From IMG/VR virus record IMGVR_UViG_3300017917_000715, positions 7,169-71,168 of that record: a stretch of DNA of 64,000 bases; one strand, written 5' to 3'. The first letter of the stretch is position 1; each line of letters starts with the position of its first letter. This DNA is from a virus. A model generated the notes under the pieces. The model did no database searches, was not told where the DNA came from, and saw only the letters and a list, made by a program, of their open reading frames with translations. Positions 62,372-64,000 of the stretch are shown here, piece after piece. A program made the translations under genes and the position numbers.

Positions 62372-63274
62372 ATGACTGACCGAACACAATTTGAAGCCAT
62401 GCTTGAGGCGTTGATCAACGAAGATCAAGAAACAGCAAAAGAAATTTTCCATAATATCGTAGTTGCAAAATCACGCGAAATTTACGAAGAACTTCTAGAA
62501 TCTGATTTTAGCTTAGAAGAAGAATCTAAGGAAGAAGAAGAGGAAGAAGAATCACGTAAAGACGAAGCTCTTGAAGACGACGAAGAAGAAATGTCTGAAG
62601 AAAGTGAAGAAGAAGAAGGTGCAGCCGACGACGAAGAAGAAGGTGCAGACGATATGGATGCAGCTGACGACGAAGAAGGTGCAGACGATATGGATGCAGC
62701 TGACGACGAAGGTGACGCTACAGACGACCTAATGGGCGGAGATGATGCAGGTAGCGATAGCGAACTAGAAGACAAAGTAATGGATCTAGAAGACGCTTTA
62801 GAAGAATTAAAAGCAGAATTTGAGCAACTAATGGCTCAAGAAGAAGGCGAACCAGAACATGCTGACATGGGCAGCGACATGGGTGCTGATATGGGTGCTG
62901 ACATGGGCGGCGACATAGGTGCTGATATGGGTGCTGAAGACGAACTAGCAGGTTTAATGGAGTATGTTAACAAAGTTAATCCTCCAAAGCACGGTGATAA
63001 CGGTGTTAACACAAAGTCACCAGTAGCTGGTAAAAACGACATGGGTGGCACAACTGCTAACATCGCCAAAGGCGGAGAAAGCAAGTCAGGTGGCACACAA
63101 GGCGGTTTATTAAAGCCAAGCACACAGCTACAAGACGGCGGCAATATTAACGTACCAGGCGGCAACGCTGGCAAGACAGCTTTTAAGAAGAAAGAACCTG
63201 GCCACGGTGCTGAGAAGAAAGGTTCCGGTGATACAGCTCCTGATAAAAAGAGCTTAATCGGATCACGTAAGTAA
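62372..63274 (+). CDS. highly acidic prohead core/scaffold-like protein
   Basis: AGGAG RBS; E/D-rich low-complexity centre; position of T4 gp67/gp68 between portal and protease. Confidence 0.72.
   Translation: MTDRTQFEAMLEALINEDQETAKEIFHNIVVAKSREIYEELLESDFSLEEESKEEEEEEESRKDEALEDDEEEMSEESEEEEGAADDEEEGADDMDAADDEEGADDMDAADDEGDATDDLMGGDDAGSDSELEDKVMDLEDALEELKAEFEQLMAQEEGEPEHADMGSDMGADMGADMGGDIGADMGAEDELAGLMEYVNKVNPPKHGDNGVNTKSPVAGKNDMGGTTANIAKGGESKSGGTQGGLLKPSTQLQDGGNINVPGGNAGKTAFKKKEPGHGAEKKGSGDTAPDKKSLIGSRK
62636..62707 (+). repeat. exact 36-bp tandem duplication (EEGADDMDAADD x2)
   Basis: gaagaaggtgcagacgatatggatgcagctgacgac at 62636-62671 and 62672-62707. Confidence 0.9.
62861..62935 (+). 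repeat. degenerate 12-bp tandem repeat encoding about six (A/S/G)DMG units
   Basis: gctgacatgggc/agcgacatgggt/gctgatatgggt... series. Confidence 0.8.
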
Positions 63275-63295
63275 TTGAAAAGAGAACATAGCAAT

Positions 63296-63922
63296 ATGTT
63301 ATACCTCCGAGAGAATCTCAGTTTCAACGAAGCAAAAATGATCGTTGAGTCTGATGACAAAGAAGGGAAAAACTTATACATGTCTGGGATTTGCATCCAA
63401 GGCGGTATACGTAACGCTAACCAGCGTGTTTACCCTGTGAATGAGATTGGCAAGGCTGTCAAGACCCTTAACGATCAGATTCAAAACGGTTATTCAGTTC
63501 TCGGGGAAGTGGATCATCCAGATGATCTAAAAATTAACCTGGACCGTGTAAGCCACATGATTGTTAATATGTGGATGGATGGTCCAAATGGTTACGGTAA
63601 ATTGAAAATTTTACCAACCCCTATGGGACAACTAATTCGTACAATGCTAGAAAGCGGAGTTAAATTAGGTGTTTCGAGTCGCGGATCCGGAAACGTCAGA
63701 GATGACGGATCCGGTGAAGTATCAGATTTTGAGATTATCACAGTAGATATGGTAGCTCAACCTAGTGCTCCTGGAGCATATCCCACACCAATTTATGAAC
63801 ACCTGATGAATAGTCGCGGTGGTTATAATGCCTTACGCATAGCGCAAGAGGTTAAGGGTGATCCTAAAGCACAACAATATCTCAAAGAGAGCTTATTAAA
63901 TATAATAAGCAAACTCCAATAA
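63296..63922 (+). CDS. gp21: prohead core protease, T4 gp21-like (start re-assigned to MLYLRE)
   Basis: RNANQRVYP, LGEVDHP, INLDRVSH, LGVSSRGSG and DMVAQPSAPGA. Confidence 0.96.
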   Translation: MLYLRENLSFNEAKMIVESDDKEGKNLYMSGICIQGGIRNANQRVYPVNEIGKAVKTLNDQIQNGYSVLGEVDHPDDLKINLDRVSHMIVNMWMDGPNGYGKLKILPTPMGQLIRTMLESGVKLGVSSRGSGNVRDDGSGEVSDFEIITVDMVAQPSAPGAYPTPIYEHLMNSRGGYNALRIAQEVKGDPKAQQYLKESLLNIISKLQ

Positions 63923-63935
63923 CAAGGAGAATCAC

Positions 63936-64000
63936 ATGTTGGATGCACTAAAAACGTTATTTGAAAACAATGTGATTTCTGAAGAGATCAAAGAGTCTAT
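63936..64000 (+). CDS. start of the prohead scaffold protein, T4 gp22-like (3'-truncated)
   Basis: AAGGAG RBS, MLDALKTLFENNVISEEIKES..., directly after the gp21-like gene. Confidence 0.68.
   Translation, partial: MLDALKTLFENNVISEEIKES

Noticed and set aside
62482-63396. Ser-rich and Pro-rich minus-strand ORFs (62482..62775, 62836..63396), and similarly 56103..56678
   Set aside because: Antisense readings of low-complexity coding repeats on the + strand.
1-64000. Alternative genetic code (TAG reassignment)
   Set aside because: TAG is almost unused as a stop, but all genes, including the 14.8-kb ORF, are intact in code 11, so there is no evidence of recoding.
1-64000. CRISPR array, tRNA genes, integrase/transposase, reverse transcriptase or DGR
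   Set aside because: No regularly spaced repeats with unique spacers, no cloverleaf in the few intergenic gaps, and no RT or recombinase motifs. The 32-bp repeat pair is identical rather than adenine-variable.

Overview
Segment of a large, AT-rich T4-like (myovirus) dsDNA phage genome in the standard genetic code. Left to right: (1) + strand accessory block, 1-5.5 kb: MoxR-type AAA+ ATPase, HEXXH-peptidase/vWA partner, four hypotheticals, thyX and a flavin-dependent halogenase-like gene. (2) - strand cluster of four GT-A glycosyltransferase-like genes with its own sigma70 promoter, 5.5-10.4 kb. (3) ~39 kb - strand tail fibre/baseplate module with a 4946-aa structural protein and gp6/gp25/gp5/gp53-like genes, interrupted by a small + strand methyltransferase-like/QueC-like cassette. 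(4) + strand operon: gp55 sigma, gp47/gp46 (Mre11/Rad50), cytidylyltransferase, Hc1-like protein, SGNH-like protein and GIY-YIG nuclease. (5) gp26-like chaperone, tape-measure-like gene and the start of the head module (portal, acidic core protein, prohead protease, scaffold). The two most notable unannotated signals are a ~480-nt non-coding region starting at the stop codon of a minimal GIY-YIG nuclease, which hand-folds into a + strand RNA with three possible pseudoknots, and a canonical-looking -1 ribosomal frameshift signal extending the gp26-like chaperone into an unannotated 78-codon frame. All calls come from motif recognition and hand folding; no searches or computations were run.
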